A stretch of DNA of 64,000 nt from an uncultured Methanoregulaceae archaeon (GCA_963841015.1 CAWJAX010000004.1:32001-96000); one strand, 5' to 3'; counted from the first letter of the stretch, positions 10,875 through 21,030 are shown. Numbers and translations are program-made. Notes: generated by a model not told the origin, from the sequence alone.

Positions 10875-12063
10875 TGCATCCCCCTTCTTTTCCGCTCTTT
10901 TGGTAGAGCGGGGACATGTCCCGTAGTTTTTGTACGACTTTGGGGAGAATGTCGAGCACAATATCCACATCCCCTTCCTTATTTGCATCGCCCAGCGTGA
11001 GGCGGAGCGAGCCATGCGATATTTCGACCGGAAGCCCGGTCGCAAGTAATACGTGTGAGGGTTCAAGGGAACCGGATGTACAGGCACTTCCGGTTGATGC
11101 GCAGATACCTTCATCGTCCAGCCAGAGCAGCATCGACTCGCCTTCAATAAATTCAAAACTCACATTGAAGTTACCCGGCAGCCGTTTCTCAGGGTGCCCG
11201 TTCAGCCGTGCATTGGGAATTTTTTCCAGCACGCCTTTGAGGAGACGGTCCCGCATCGCTGTGATCGCTGCGTTGTGTCCCGGGATATCCGCAGTGGCAA
11301 GTTCGATAGCTTTCCCCAGACCGACAATACCGGCAATGTTCTCTGTTCCCGCACGACTTTTGCGTTCCTGGCCTCCACCATGAATAAGATTCTCGATCCG
11401 GACACCCTTTCTTATATAGAGTGCCCCTGCTCCTTTCGGGCCATAGAATTTGTGGGCAGAGAGGGAGAGCAGATCGATGTTTTGTGATTTCACATCAATC
11501 GGAATATTCCCTATAGCCTGCACCGCATCAGTATGGAAGTATATCTTGTGATTCCGGGCGATTGCACCGAGATCTCCAACGGGTTCTATTGTTCCGATCT
11601 CATTGTTGGCATACATAACCGAGATCAGGATCGTCTTTTCCGTGATAGCATTTTCCAGATCTTCAGGATTAACAAGACCGTACTGGTCAACCGGAAGATA
11701 GGTGACTTCAAAGCCTTCCTTTTCGAGAAACTTGCAGGTGTGGAGTACTGCGTGGTGCTCGATCTGTGTCGTGATGATGTGGTTACCACGCTTCCGGTTC
11801 GCAAGTGCCACTCCCTTGATCGCCCAGTTGTCTGATTCACTCCCGCCAGAAGTAAAATAAATCTCGTCCGGGTCTGCACCCAATGCCTTTGCAGTCTGTA
11901 CCCGGGCTGTTTCAATTGCCTTTTTCGAATGCCGGGCAATGCTGTAAATGGAGGAGGGGTTGCCAAAATATTCCGTGAAGTAGGGGATCATGGCCTCCAA
12001 TACCTCTGGTTTTACAAACGTGGTTGCAGCGTGATCCAGGTAGATTGTGCGCTGTGCTCCCAT
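10867..12063 (-). CDS. iscS: Cysteine desulfurase
   Basis: YLDHAATT, SAHKFYGPKG (PLP Lys), STGSACTS (catalytic Cys). Confidence 0.95.
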   Translation of the reverse strand: MGAQRTIYLDHAATTFVKPEVLEAMIPYFTEYFGNPSSIYSIARHSKKAIETARVQTAKALGADPDEIYFTSGGSESDNWAIKGVALANRKRGNHIITTQIEHHAVLHTCKFLEKEGFEVTYLPVDQYGLVNPEDLENAITEKTILISVMYANNEIGTIEPVGDLGAIARNHKIYFHTDAVQAIGNIPIDVKSQNIDLLSLSAHKFYGPKGAGALYIRKGVRIENLIHGGGQERKSRAGTENIAGIVGLGKAIELATADIPGHNAAITAMRDRLLKGVLEKIPNARLNGHPEKRLPGNFNVSFEFIEGESMLLWLDDEGICASTGSACTSGSLEPSHVLLATGLPVEISHGSLRLTLGDANKEGDVDIVLDILPKVVQKLRDMSPLYQKSGKEGGCNV

Positions 12064-12210
12064 GCGTTCCCTCGTACCTGAATATGTGCGTTGATCTGGG
12101 GATTATTCTTTTCCACTCTGATTATACAAGAAACCATTCGGTCAGGTTCCCGGAACATCTTGCGACAGTTGCCGGCTTTTCACAAAGCTTGCCCAATTTT
12201 GCCGATGGAA

Positions 12211-12252
12211 ATAACAATTGTGAATGCAATATATTATGTGACAATTGTGATA
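12211..12252. promoter_or_regulatory. Candidate operator: two ACAATTGTGA copies flanking an AT-rich TATA-like core in the divergent iscS/HTH promoter
   Basis: ACAATTGTGA at 12214-12223 and 12241-12250; the core ACAATTGT is a perfect palindrome. Confidence 0.5.
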
Positions 12253-12271
12253 ATTTAAACGATGTGATAGT

Positions 12272-12605
12272 ATGGAGACCCCCTGTCAGAAAATAGTCTG
12301 GGACGTTCTGCCGGCAATCCGGGCAGCAATCGCAGTAGAGCTTGTCAGGTGCGGAGTCTCCCAGGTCCAGGCAGCACGCATGCTGGAGATTGCACCATCA
12401 GCGGTCTCGCAGTACCTTTCAGGTAAGCGAGGATACCGGATCGAATTTGACGATGAGGTGAAAAAATCCATCGCCCGGCTGGCGCAGGATCTGATCGACA
12501 AGAAACAGATAGATGTAGTCGGGCGGATCTGCGGGATCTGCCGGGCAGCTCCGTGAAGGGGAAGGCGGATGTACCGGCCTTGTGCCCGAGCGCTGCGGCT
12601 CGTAA
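12272..12605 (+). CDS. Archaeal HTH transcriptional regulator with C-terminal CxxC (probable extra base near 12545; as sequenced it stops at 12556)
   Basis: PCQ..V..VLPAIRA, SAVSQYLSGKRG, ICGIC. Removing one G gives CRQLREGEGGC..CGS-stop. Confidence 0.75.
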
Positions 12606-12655
12606 TTTTTTTATCTGCCTGACATTCATTTGATACCCATGGTTCTGGTCTCCCG

Positions 12656-13453
12656 ATGAATACCGTAGAGAAAACACGAGCACTCAAAAAAACAATCGCA
12701 GGGAGAGGATCGATGCTGGTCGCTTTCTCAGGAGGGGTTGACAGCACGCTTCTTGCGGTCCTCGCAAAAGAAGTGCTTGGTCATAAGACAACGTGTGTCC
12801 TTCTTGACAGCCCGGTTGTCCCGCGAGCTGCTGTTCAACAGGCACACCAAATCGCAAAGGAACTCGGACTCGAGCTGGAAACCATTGCAGTCCCCCTGAT
12901 GGATCATGAAGAATTCCGGAAAAATCCGGCAAACCGTTGTTATTACTGCAAAAAGATCTCCGCACCTTGTCTCAGACAACGGGCAAGAGAGCGGGGTTTT
13001 GCCAGTATTGCTGACGGGATAAATGTCTCGGACAAGAGCGAGCATCGCCCGGGACTTGCCGCATCAACAGAAGAGGGGATCCTCCACCCGTTTATTGAAT
13101 CCAGTATCACCAAACAGGAGATTCGGGAGATCGCTCGGGAGTATGGTCTGTCAGTCTGGCAGAAACCCTCTGCAGCCTGTCTTTCATCCCGCATACCCTA
13201 CGGAGAAGAAATCACCCGGGAAAAACTCCGGATGGTTGAAGAGGCTGAGGCATTCCTCGCAGAAGAGGGATTCGGACAGCTCCGGGTACGTTTACATGGC
13301 ACTATTGCCAGGATAGAAGTGCATAAAGAGGAGATGAAGAAAATACTGGATATGCAACCTGCAGTCGTGAAGAGACTCAAATCAATCGGTTTTTCTTATG
13401 TCACCCTTGACCTCGAAGGATACCGGAGCGGGAGTCTGGATGAAGTATTGTGA
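12656..13453 (+). CDS. larE: LarE-family ATP-dependent sulfur transferase, 3-Cys type
   Basis: PP-loop SGGVDS, RCYYCK, PSAACLSSRIPYG, DLEGYRSGS. Confidence 0.9.
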   Translation: MNTVEKTRALKKTIAGRGSMLVAFSGGVDSTLLAVLAKEVLGHKTTCVLLDSPVVPRAAVQQAHQIAKELGLELETIAVPLMDHEEFRKNPANRCYYCKKISAPCLRQRARERGFASIADGINVSDKSEHRPGLAASTEEGILHPFIESSITKQEIREIAREYGLSVWQKPSAACLSSRIPYGEEITREKLRMVEEAEAFLAEEGFGQLRVRLHGTIARIEVHKEEMKKILDMQPAVVKRLKSIGFSYVTLDLEGYRSGSLDEVL

Positions 13454-13505
13454 TGTAATCTATAGTACTGCCTCAGGATTGTCCTGGTGAAGGAGAAGGA
13501 GAGAG

Positions 13506-14291
13506 ATGAGCGAAAAGATGTACCGGAAACTGCCCTGTATTAAGGTCGACGGGGACACGTTCGGAAATGTACTTCACGAAGTCGTTGAAGAAGTACCTGT
13601 TGCCCTTTTTGTGAATGGCAGGCACGCGATGACTGGGATGATGAGCCCGGTGCAGCTCGAGGATTTTGTTACCGGCTACCTCTTCACCGAACAGATTATC
13701 AAGGGTGTCGATGAGATCGAATCAATCAGGATTGAGAAAAACCGGATCAGCGTCATTACAAAGAACCTGTTCAAAGTGCTCGGCCCAAAAAAGACCATTT
13801 TATCAGGATGCGGCGGGAGTGTATCTTATATTGACGCAGAAAAACTCCCGAACATAAAGTCTGATCTTGTGATAAGCATAGAGAAAATCAACGAATCGGT
13901 CAGGGATGCACTCTCTTCAGATCTTCACAAAACAACCGGCGGGATCCATGTCGTTGCCTTACGTGATACCGAAAAAGTTATCTCGGTTTCTGAAGATATC
14001 GGCAGGCACAATGCGGTCGACCGGGTTATCGGGCATGGACTCCGTACAGGTGTCGATTTTTCGCAGACATTTATCGTTTCTTCAGGCAGGATCTCTTCTG
14101 AAATGGTGCGAAAATGCCTTATTGCAAATATTCCCCTGATCATATCGCGCAGTGCTACGACGACATTATCAGTTGAGATTGCAGAAAAGACGGGACTGAC
14201 TATTATTGGTTTTGTGCGGGCAGGAAAAATGAATATTTATTCGCGACCACATCGAATTATTGGATTGGAATCTTCGTCAGCACTTTTATAG
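13506..14291 (+). CDS. fdhD: Formate dehydrogenase accessory sulfurtransferase
   Basis: SGCGG, TGGIH, EDIGRHNAVD, SGRISSEMV. Confidence 0.92.
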   Translation: MSEKMYRKLPCIKVDGDTFGNVLHEVVEEVPVALFVNGRHAMTGMMSPVQLEDFVTGYLFTEQIIKGVDEIESIRIEKNRISVITKNLFKVLGPKKTILSGCGGSVSYIDAEKLPNIKSDLVISIEKINESVRDALSSDLHKTTGGIHVVALRDTEKVISVSEDIGRHNAVDRVIGHGLRTGVDFSQTFIVSSGRISSEMVRKCLIANIPLIISRSATTTLSVEIAEKTGLTIIGFVRAGKMNIYSRPHRIIGLESSSALL

Positions 14292-15221
14292 GTCAAGTGA
14301 CTGACGGAGCAGGCATACCTGGCAGAGATCCCCGCTGCAGGGATCACCACACTCCCGGCAGGAACGGATGGGTTCAGACATCCCCGAACCTTTATCGCAG
14401 CGCTCGATCTTTTCTTTGCTCTCCACAAGGTTGAGCATAGTGCCGGGATGCTTATATTCAAAACCTGACAGCATTGACCGGACCTCCCGCCGCATTGCAT
14501 ACCGGGTGTACGGGCACTCCGGAAGTTCGTTCCACGCATGATTGAGCAAAAGATACGTAGCAATCTCTTTTTCTGAAATCCGTGAAAGCGGCTTGATCCT
14601 CGGGATAAACTTCCCGGATGATTCACCTCTGGAATTCCGGACAAGACGCGGCAGGTCACCCCTGAATACATTCATTAATACCGATTGCGCCTCATCGTCA
14701 AGGTTATGACCGGTGGCAAGCTTTGTTGCCCCCGCCTGGTATGCGCCCACCACCAACGCTTTTTTCCTCATGATACCACAGATACTGCAGGCCTGCGTCT
14801 CCCTGCCGGTGAGGAAAGCATCGAGTGAGTCTCCGAACAGGCTGGTAAAAGAAATACAGTGATGTTCGATCCCAAGCCGACCGGTGAGCCGTTCTGCTGA
14901 CTGGATCGTTTCTTCACGGTAGCCGGCAATACCCTCATCGATCGTTATGGCAATGAGCCGGACGTCCTCCCACGCCGGGAGGAGACGGTGCAGGAGGAGA
15001 AGGAGTGCGGTGCTGTCTTTGCCACCGCTCAGGGCAACTGCCACACGATCCTGAGGGACGATCAACTGCCGGGTTGTTATAGTATCTGCCACTCGCAGTT
15101 CCACATCAGCAGTAAAATGAGTCCCACAGAGGTGACGGTTGTAATATCGCTGGCATACTACGGCCGGTTCCGTGCAGAAAGAACATTTCGGAACATCCGG
15201 TTGCACGGCCTTTGTTTCCAA
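14286..15221 (-). CDS. TtuA/NcsA-like tRNA thiolation PP-loop enzyme
   Basis: N-terminal CxxC..CxxH, SGGKDS, CSIC, TGHNLDD, CPY, C-terminal Zn finger. Confidence 0.85.
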   Translation of the reverse strand: METKAVQPDVPKCSFCTEPAVVCQRYYNRHLCGTHFTADVELRVADTITTRQLIVPQDRVAVALSGGKDSTALLLLLHRLLPAWEDVRLIAITIDEGIAGYREETIQSAERLTGRLGIEHHCISFTSLFGDSLDAFLTGRETQACSICGIMRKKALVVGAYQAGATKLATGHNLDDEAQSVLMNVFRGDLPRLVRNSRGESSGKFIPRIKPLSRISEKEIATYLLLNHAWNELPECPYTRYAMRREVRSMLSGFEYKHPGTMLNLVESKEKIERCDKGSGMSEPIRSCRECGDPCSGDLCQVCLLRQSLDL

Positions 15222-15224
15222 GCA

Positions 15225-15419
15225 TCAACCCCCGTGTGCTATCCTGATAATTCGAACCTCATCACTCCCTTGAATAATCGTATCCTCAGGAAGCAGCTTC
15301 CCGTTCCGGGATACGATCACTTCAAGCGGATTTATACCCTGTTCGAGCAGGATCTGTTCAACAGGAGCCGGACTATGCTCAAAAATCCGGACGTCCTTGT
15401 CCGATAGGATAAGTCTCAT
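15225..15419 (-). CDS. Small ubiquitin-like sulfur carrier (SAMP2/ThiS-like)
   Basis: 64 aa ending AHGG, immediately upstream of the TtuA-like gene. Confidence 0.85.
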   Translation of the reverse strand: MRLILSDKDVRIFEHSPAPVEQILLEQGINPLEVIVSRNGKLLPEDTIIQGSDEVRIIRIAHGG

Positions 15420-15564
15420 TTTGCCACTAAGTAGCTTTGCGAGCAGGTTTCTTAAACATCCCGCTGGGGAAAATTGTCATTGAAAAGCCCTCAACAAAAA
15501 AACTTAAAGGCTGATACGTAATCCACGTATTTGATACACAGGATTAACACATACAAGTACGGAA

Positions 15565-16482
15565 GTGTGCAGGGTGCCAGATGCATCGTTCATTCATGAT
15601 GAAATTTTCCGGCTGAAAGAGGATCGGCATGCGATTATTCTCGCGCACAATTACCAGCCGGTCGAAGTACAGGATATCGCTGATCTCACCGGGGATTCCC
15701 TCGAACTGTCCCGGGCAGCCGCCTCCATGGATGGCGACATTATTGTTTTCTGCGGCGTGGATTTCATGGCTGAGACTGCCGCAATCATCTCCCCGGAAAA
15801 GACGGTCCTGTTGCCGGCTCCGGAGGCCTGCTGCCCTATGGCAGATATGATCACGGCAGACGAGCTGAAACACCTGAAAATACGGCACCCGGGGGCTGCG
15901 GTTGTCTGTTATGTGAACACAACCGCTGAGGTAAAAGCCGAGAGTGATATCTGCTGCACCTCTTCAAACGCGGTAAAGGTAGTCAACTCTTTAAAAGAAG
16001 ACCGGATACTTTTTGTTCCTGACCGCAATCTCGGGCTCTATACCCAGCGTTTTACCAAAAAGGAGATCCTGCCCTGGGAAGGATTCTGTAGTGTACATGA
16101 CCAGATTACCCCGGATGACGTGCGAAAGGCACACGATCTCCATCCTGGTGCGATCATCCTGGTGCACCCGGAGTGCCGTCCTGAGGTAATCGATCTTGCA
16201 GATCATGTCGCGAGCACTTCAGGTATCATCTGGCAGGTGTGCAATTCCTCTGAAAAAGAATTCATCATTGGTACTGAAGTTGGTATCCTCCACAGGCTCA
16301 TAAGGGAATGCCCGACAAAACAATGTTATCCTTTATCACCGGCAGCAATTTGCAGAAATATGAAAAAGACAGATCTGAATAAAATCCGGAATGCTCTTAT
16401 CTCCCTGCAGCCCCGCATCACCGTACCAGAAGAGATTGCTCATCGTGCCCGCTGTGCAATCGAGCGAATGTTGGCAGTCTGA
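15565..16482 (+). CDS. nadA: Quinolinate synthase
   Basis: LAHNYQ, GDSLELS, CGVDFMAE, CPMA, YVNT, VHPEC, CRNMKK. Confidence 0.95.
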   Translation: MCRVPDASFIHDEIFRLKEDRHAIILAHNYQPVEVQDIADLTGDSLELSRAAASMDGDIIVFCGVDFMAETAAIISPEKTVLLPAPEACCPMADMITADELKHLKIRHPGAAVVCYVNTTAEVKAESDICCTSSNAVKVVNSLKEDRILFVPDRNLGLYTQRFTKKEILPWEGFCSVHDQITPDDVRKAHDLHPGAIILVHPECRPEVIDLADHVASTSGIIWQVCNSSEKEFIIGTEVGILHRLIRECPTKQCYPLSPAAICRNMKKTDLNKIRNALISLQPRITVPEEIAHRARCAIERMLAV

Positions 16483-16507
16483 AAAAAGAGATTATTTCTC
16501 CTGCTTT

Positions 16508-16750
16508 TTAAGGGGGGATGTTTTTTCGTTCCATAAGTTTCGTGTACATTTCCTGACCGATACATTCCTTTGCATGCCGGCACCACTGGACACAGGATTC
16601 GATATCATTGTAGACCACAAAACCGCACCCGCTGCATTTCACGGAGATATCGTTTGAGAAGAGTTCCACTTCCTCACCGCAGTGTGGACACTTTTTGATC
16701 GCGAGGGTGGGAGTCCGCAGGTTCGCGGCACCAGGGCAGTGGTCAGGCAT
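16508..16750 (-). CDS. Small 8-Cys metal-binding (zinc-ribbon-like) protein
   Basis: CPG, CPHC, CSGC and SCVQWC..C in 80 aa. Confidence 0.7.
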   Translation of the reverse strand: MPDHCPGAANLRTPTLAIKKCPHCGEEVELFSNDISVKCSGCGFVVYNDIESCVQWCRHAKECIGQEMYTKLMERKNIPP

Positions 16751-16761
16751 AGGGAATATCC

Positions 16762-17451
16762 TTAGCAGTAGGTCAGATCATCTGTTAAAGAATTCAATGG
16801 ACGGATGATCCGTTCATCATCAGCAGCCGGAGAATTCACAAGGGAGGATATGGGATACATCGACATGTTCTTTGCGGGAAACGGTGCAAGAATTTCTTTG
16901 AGTGCCTCAGCATTCAAAGGAGTTTTTGAAAGCCAGCGATCTTCATGTTCGGGCAGGAGAATTGACGGCATACGATTGTGAACCTTTGCGACAAGTTCGT
17001 TGGGCGCGGTAGTAACGATAGCATACGTTCTGATAAGATTTCCGTGAGTTCCTGCCCATTGGTCATAGAGGCCGGCAAAAGCAAAGAGCGGGATCTTCGG
17101 CAGGTAAACATAGAACGGGATCTTCTTTTTACCTTCCTTTTTCCATTCAAAAAAACCGGATGCCGGAACAAGACACCGGCGGTTTTGCAGCAGCTCTTTA
17201 AAGGTAGGTTTTTCTGATAAGGTTTCTGCACGTGCGTTGATCGGTCGTTGTGCCGTGGTAATATCCTGTGTCCGGTGAGGCACCAGCCCCCACTTCATCA
17301 TGACAATTTCGTTTTTTTCTTCACGAATAATTACCGGCATTTCATTTCCCGGAGCGATGTTGAACCGCGAACGTGACCCGATCATCGGGTTGAATACCCT
17401 GAACCGGTTGCCAAGATCATCGATAAAGACTAACGAGTACCTGCCACACAT
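16762..17451 (-). CDS. SRAP (YedK/HMCES-like) abasic-site protein
   Basis: MCGRY N-terminus, INARAETL, GFFEWK, HNRMP. Confidence 0.92.
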   Translation of the reverse strand: MCGRYSLVFIDDLGNRFRVFNPMIGSRSRFNIAPGNEMPVIIREEKNEIVMMKWGLVPHRTQDITTAQRPINARAETLSEKPTFKELLQNRRCLVPASGFFEWKKEGKKKIPFYVYLPKIPLFAFAGLYDQWAGTHGNLIRTYAIVTTAPNELVAKVHNRMPSILLPEHEDRWLSKTPLNAEALKEILAPFPAKNMSMYPISSLVNSPAADDERIIRPLNSLTDDLTYC

Positions 17452-17582
17452 ATACCTGATCGCTTCGGATGTTCGTTAAACGGGTATATCATCCTGCCGC
17501 AGGGACTTTATAAATACCCTGTCTGTTCTCCACCCATGATACAAACATGTAATATTGCCCATAGCCAAATAACTGGCAACCA

Positions 17583-19112
17583 ATGACAGAAAAACAACTT
17601 ATATCGACAATAAAGTATATCTCTGCAATAAAACCGGCTTTTTTCCTGTCAGAGATTATCCCTTACCTCGATGAGACGATGCCCGTGCACCAGCTGTTCC
17701 GCATTATATCTCCTGAACTTTCTGCTCTGGGACTTATGGCCAAAAAAACTCAGGGGGATTTTGAGATTATCCGGATTCCGCCCGCACAACCATATCTTAT
17801 GAATCAGGAGGAAGTCAAACAGCAGCAGCATTTTTTTACGACCAGAGAACTGCCTGATTCCCTTGCCCAAAGTATTGAACGGTACATTACAAAAAAAGTC
17901 GGAAAGGACTGGAACGATCCGATCATTATCGAACGTATCCGCAGGGCGATCGTCTCCCAGAAAGATGATTACTGGAAACCATCACACAAAAGGTCCTTGC
18001 ACTACATAAAAGGTTATAGTGTTCTCAGTTATCTCGCCTACCATTTCCCGGTATATTTTTTCCAGACCGAACACCTGCTCCTTATGCTCGCACGGGAAGG
18101 TCTCCTGAAAAAAAGCATGACCGTCCTCGATGTCGGAACCGGGCCTGGGGTAGTTCCGCTCGCAATTGCTGATTTTTATTCACGGCTGGATGGACCGCAG
18201 GCGACCATATATTCTCTCGAAAGGTCAGAAGAGCATATCGAGGCCTTCACCTATTTACGCGAGGCTTTCGTACCCAGAGGGGGCAGAGTATCCATTAAGT
18301 CTCCGGTTAAAACAGATATCAGATCACTCGACCTCGCCAGACTTCCGGAAAAAATCGATCTGGTTATCTTTTCCAACGTCCTGAATGAACTTCCGGATGC
18401 CACCATGGAAGTCAGGGCTGACATTGTGGCACTGATCTCAGAGCGACTCGCTCCTGATGGTTCAATCCTGATGGTTGAACCTGCGGATGAGGAGAACGCG
18501 ACCCGGATGCGATCACTCACCGTTGCGCTGCAAAAAAAAGGGCTGTCTGTCTCCAGCCCGTGCTCATTCATATGGGGTTCAACCTGCACTGCCCCCCGAT
18601 GCTGGAGTTTTGAGACCGCACCTGCGATCAGACTCTCCCGGTTGATGGAGACGCTTGCCCACTGCGAGGATTCCTACCGGTACGTGAACACTGACATCAA
18701 GTATAGTTATGCAATCCTGCGAAAAGATGGCAGGCGAAAGGAGCATTTCCGGTTACCCGTCGGATCAAAATTCCTCCGGTTATCCAAACTGCACCTGCAT
18801 GTGGGAAAACGGATCAATGTTGCCGGTGGAAAAATGTCCGGGGAGCTTGGCAATGCACGATCCCATGTGTATAAGATATGTGACGGGACGGCAAAAACAC
18901 CGGTGTATGCGGTGCTGCCTTCCTATCATATCACACCGGAAAATGACCTGATCACATCTGCCCCGTATGGATCAATCCTCGAACTGCGCAATGTGCTGGT
19001 GCGGTATAACAGGACCCATAATGCGTATAATCTGCTGGTGAGCCGGAATACGAAGGTCACTTTTATAAAAAAGAAGCAGTCTGAACATCCGGAAAATGTT
19101 AAACAAGAATGA
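17583..19112 (+). CDS. Class I SAM methyltransferase, Rsm22-like
   Basis: VLDVGTGPG, FSNVLNEL, MVEPA, and a Cys cluster SPC..C..C. Confidence 0.72.
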   Translation: MTEKQLISTIKYISAIKPAFFLSEIIPYLDETMPVHQLFRIISPELSALGLMAKKTQGDFEIIRIPPAQPYLMNQEEVKQQQHFFTTRELPDSLAQSIERYITKKVGKDWNDPIIIERIRRAIVSQKDDYWKPSHKRSLHYIKGYSVLSYLAYHFPVYFFQTEHLLLMLAREGLLKKSMTVLDVGTGPGVVPLAIADFYSRLDGPQATIYSLERSEEHIEAFTYLREAFVPRGGRVSIKSPVKTDIRSLDLARLPEKIDLVIFSNVLNELPDATMEVRADIVALISERLAPDGSILMVEPADEENATRMRSLTVALQKKGLSVSSPCSFIWGSTCTAPRCWSFETAPAIRLSRLMETLAHCEDSYRYVNTDIKYSYAILRKDGRRKEHFRLPVGSKFLRLSKLHLHVGKRINVAGGKMSGELGNARSHVYKICDGTAKTPVYAVLPSYHITPENDLITSAPYGSILELRNVLVRYNRTHNAYNLLVSRNTKVTFIKKKQSEHPENVKQE

Positions 19113-21030
19113 AATTGAATACCACGAGGGTTATCAGGAGTAAAACGCACGCATGCTTAACACCCGCTGCAAGGGATGACTCCCCCATCTGGCCGGGAAT
19201 AAGACCGGAGAAAAATGCCTGGATAAGGCACGCATGATAGAGGATCCTTGCAAATGTAGCGATCGATATTGCTCCAATCCCCGAAAGGATTCCGGTTGCA
19301 GAAATTCCCTGCGTAGAGATATTTTCGAGGACGGGGAGAAACTGCATTGTCAGGACCGCCACAACAAAGAGGAATACAAAGAATGCGAGATACACAATAA
19401 CCGTGTAGATAAACATCTCAGCATGGCGCTCTTTTTTGAGCATCTCGGTCATTTTTGCATCAGCTGCAGCAATGGAAAGCACTTCGCCTATCTGCCCGCT
19501 CATCTCACTTGCCTTGGTAATCAGTGTTACGGTACGTGCAATCGAAGGTGTGCTGACCCGCTCTTCAAACCTCACCAGTGCTTCGGTAAAATTCGCACCC
19601 CAGTCCATATCCTTCTTGATTTTCCTGATTTCATAGCCGATAAGGCCGAGATTGGTATTTACCATAATGGCAATTCCCTGGGCAATGGTGAGACCGGACT
19701 GGTTGATCCCGGCCATTCTTTCAAGGAAATCAGGAATGAGCTCCTGAATACCAAGTACTTTTTTTGCCCAGATTCCATAAAAGACAGCGTAGGGGATAAG
19801 TACAACAAGCAGGGCTATTACGATATGATCATCGATGACACTGAAATAGAGTTCGCTATCTGTGTAGGCAGGAACCTGTAAAAAAGTAATTACGCTGTAG
19901 ACGATGGCGATTGGAACAGTTATGTACAGGGTGAGATTGACATTATTGATAAAACTGTCAAGGGGATGCCGGATAAAGGTAATAAAATTCCTGATCCGGT
20001 CGTATTTTTTCAGTTGCTCCAGCAGGGATTCTTCATCCTTTTTTTTATAAATCCTGATGTTGGCATAGGTTTTAAGCAATTTTGTCCGGATATATCGTTC
20101 CGTCTTTTCAGTTTTGTCTGACAGGTGATAGATAAGAAAAATAAATACCACTGATCCAACAGGAATGATCACATAGGTAACTAAGGTCAGCTGGGATACT
20201 GCAGATCCTCCCATCATCCCCATCACAACCATGATGATAATCAAAAAGAGGGGTCCAGCGACAAAGAGAGTAACATAGGACTCAGCTACAAGGGAAAGAA
20301 TGTTGAGGAATTGTTTCTGTTCAAAGCGTGCTTCTTCCTGGTAAAGCCTCACTCTCTGGGAGAGAAACTCTGCCATATCCCCACCACTCTCAATTACCGA
20401 AAGCAGATCCTGTAAAAAATCCTTGAGCTTCTCAGAGGGGGTGGTTTGGGCGAGATGGTGAATAGCAGTTATGACATCGTGCCCAAAAAAGTCCGCATCT
20501 CTCACAATCTGGCGAAATTCAAGGGCAACCTCTCCATAAATATCTGCCCGGTCGGAGAGGGAGCGAAAGACCATCATCAGCTGGGCACCTCCTCTCCGCA
20601 TAGCGTACATATAAGCAACCGCATTGTGCAGGGTCAGGTTGATTTTTATTGCGCGGTTTCTTTTTTCATACCCGGGGAGTTTTAAAAGGAATAAATATCC
20701 GAAATATATTCCCAGGAGGAACATAACAAGCACGGTAAAAATCTGGATGGACAGGATGCCTGAATCGGTAATAGGGATTGAGGGAACCTGGATATTGAGT
20801 ACATTGTAGATGCCGATCTTTCCAACCTGGAACTCCAGGGTAAGGTACGTGGTGATAAAATATCCAAGAACCGCAAGGATGATACCTGTCAGGAATGCGA
20901 TTTTAACCGATCGCCATAAGAACTGTTCGAGGGTCAGACCCATCCTGGCAGAAATCATCTCTGCATGCAGGTCTGAATACCGGGACGGGTCTTGTTGTAT
21001 CCATTTCCTGATATGGTGTCTCACATTCAT
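19099..21030 (-). CDS. Type IV pilus membrane platform (TadC/FlaJ-like, two T2SSF domains)
   Basis: IYGEVALEF, TPSEKL, SGGD, PDFLER, multiple TM segments. Confidence 0.9.
   Translation of the reverse strand: MNVRHHIRKWIQQDPSRYSDLHAEMISARMGLTLEQFLWRSVKIAFLTGIILAVLGYFITTYLTLEFQVGKIGIYNVLNIQVPSIPITDSGILSIQIFTVLVMFLLGIYFGYLFLLKLPGYEKRNRAIKINLTLHNAVAYMYAMRRGGAQLMMVFRSLSDRADIYGEVALEFRQIVRDADFFGHDVITAIHHLAQTTPSEKLKDFLQDLLSVIESGGDMAEFLSQRVRLYQEEARFEQKQFLNILSLVAESYVTLFVAGPLFLIIIMVVMGMMGGSAVSQLTLVTYVIIPVGSVVFIFLIYHLSDKTEKTERYIRTKLLKTYANIRIYKKKDEESLLEQLKKYDRIRNFITFIRHPLDSFINNVNLTLYITVPIAIVYSVITFLQVPAYTDSELYFSVIDDHIVIALLVVLIPYAVFYGIWAKKVLGIQELIPDFLERMAGINQSGLTIAQGIAIMVNTNLGLIGYEIRKIKKDMDWGANFTEALVRFEERVSTPSIARTVTLITKASEMSGQIGEVLSIAAADAKMTEMLKKERHAEMFIYTVIVYLAFFVFLFVVAVLTMQFLPVLENISTQGISATGILSGIGAISIATFARILYHACLIQAFFSGLIPGQMGESSLAAGVKHACVLLLITLVVFNFILV

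Noticed and set aside
10875-11156. Long N-terminal extensions given by the ORF track for iscU, the radical SAM gene (31423), 33362, 43057 and 48934
   Set aside because: They overlap neighbouring genes or promoters; family motifs begin at downstream starts.
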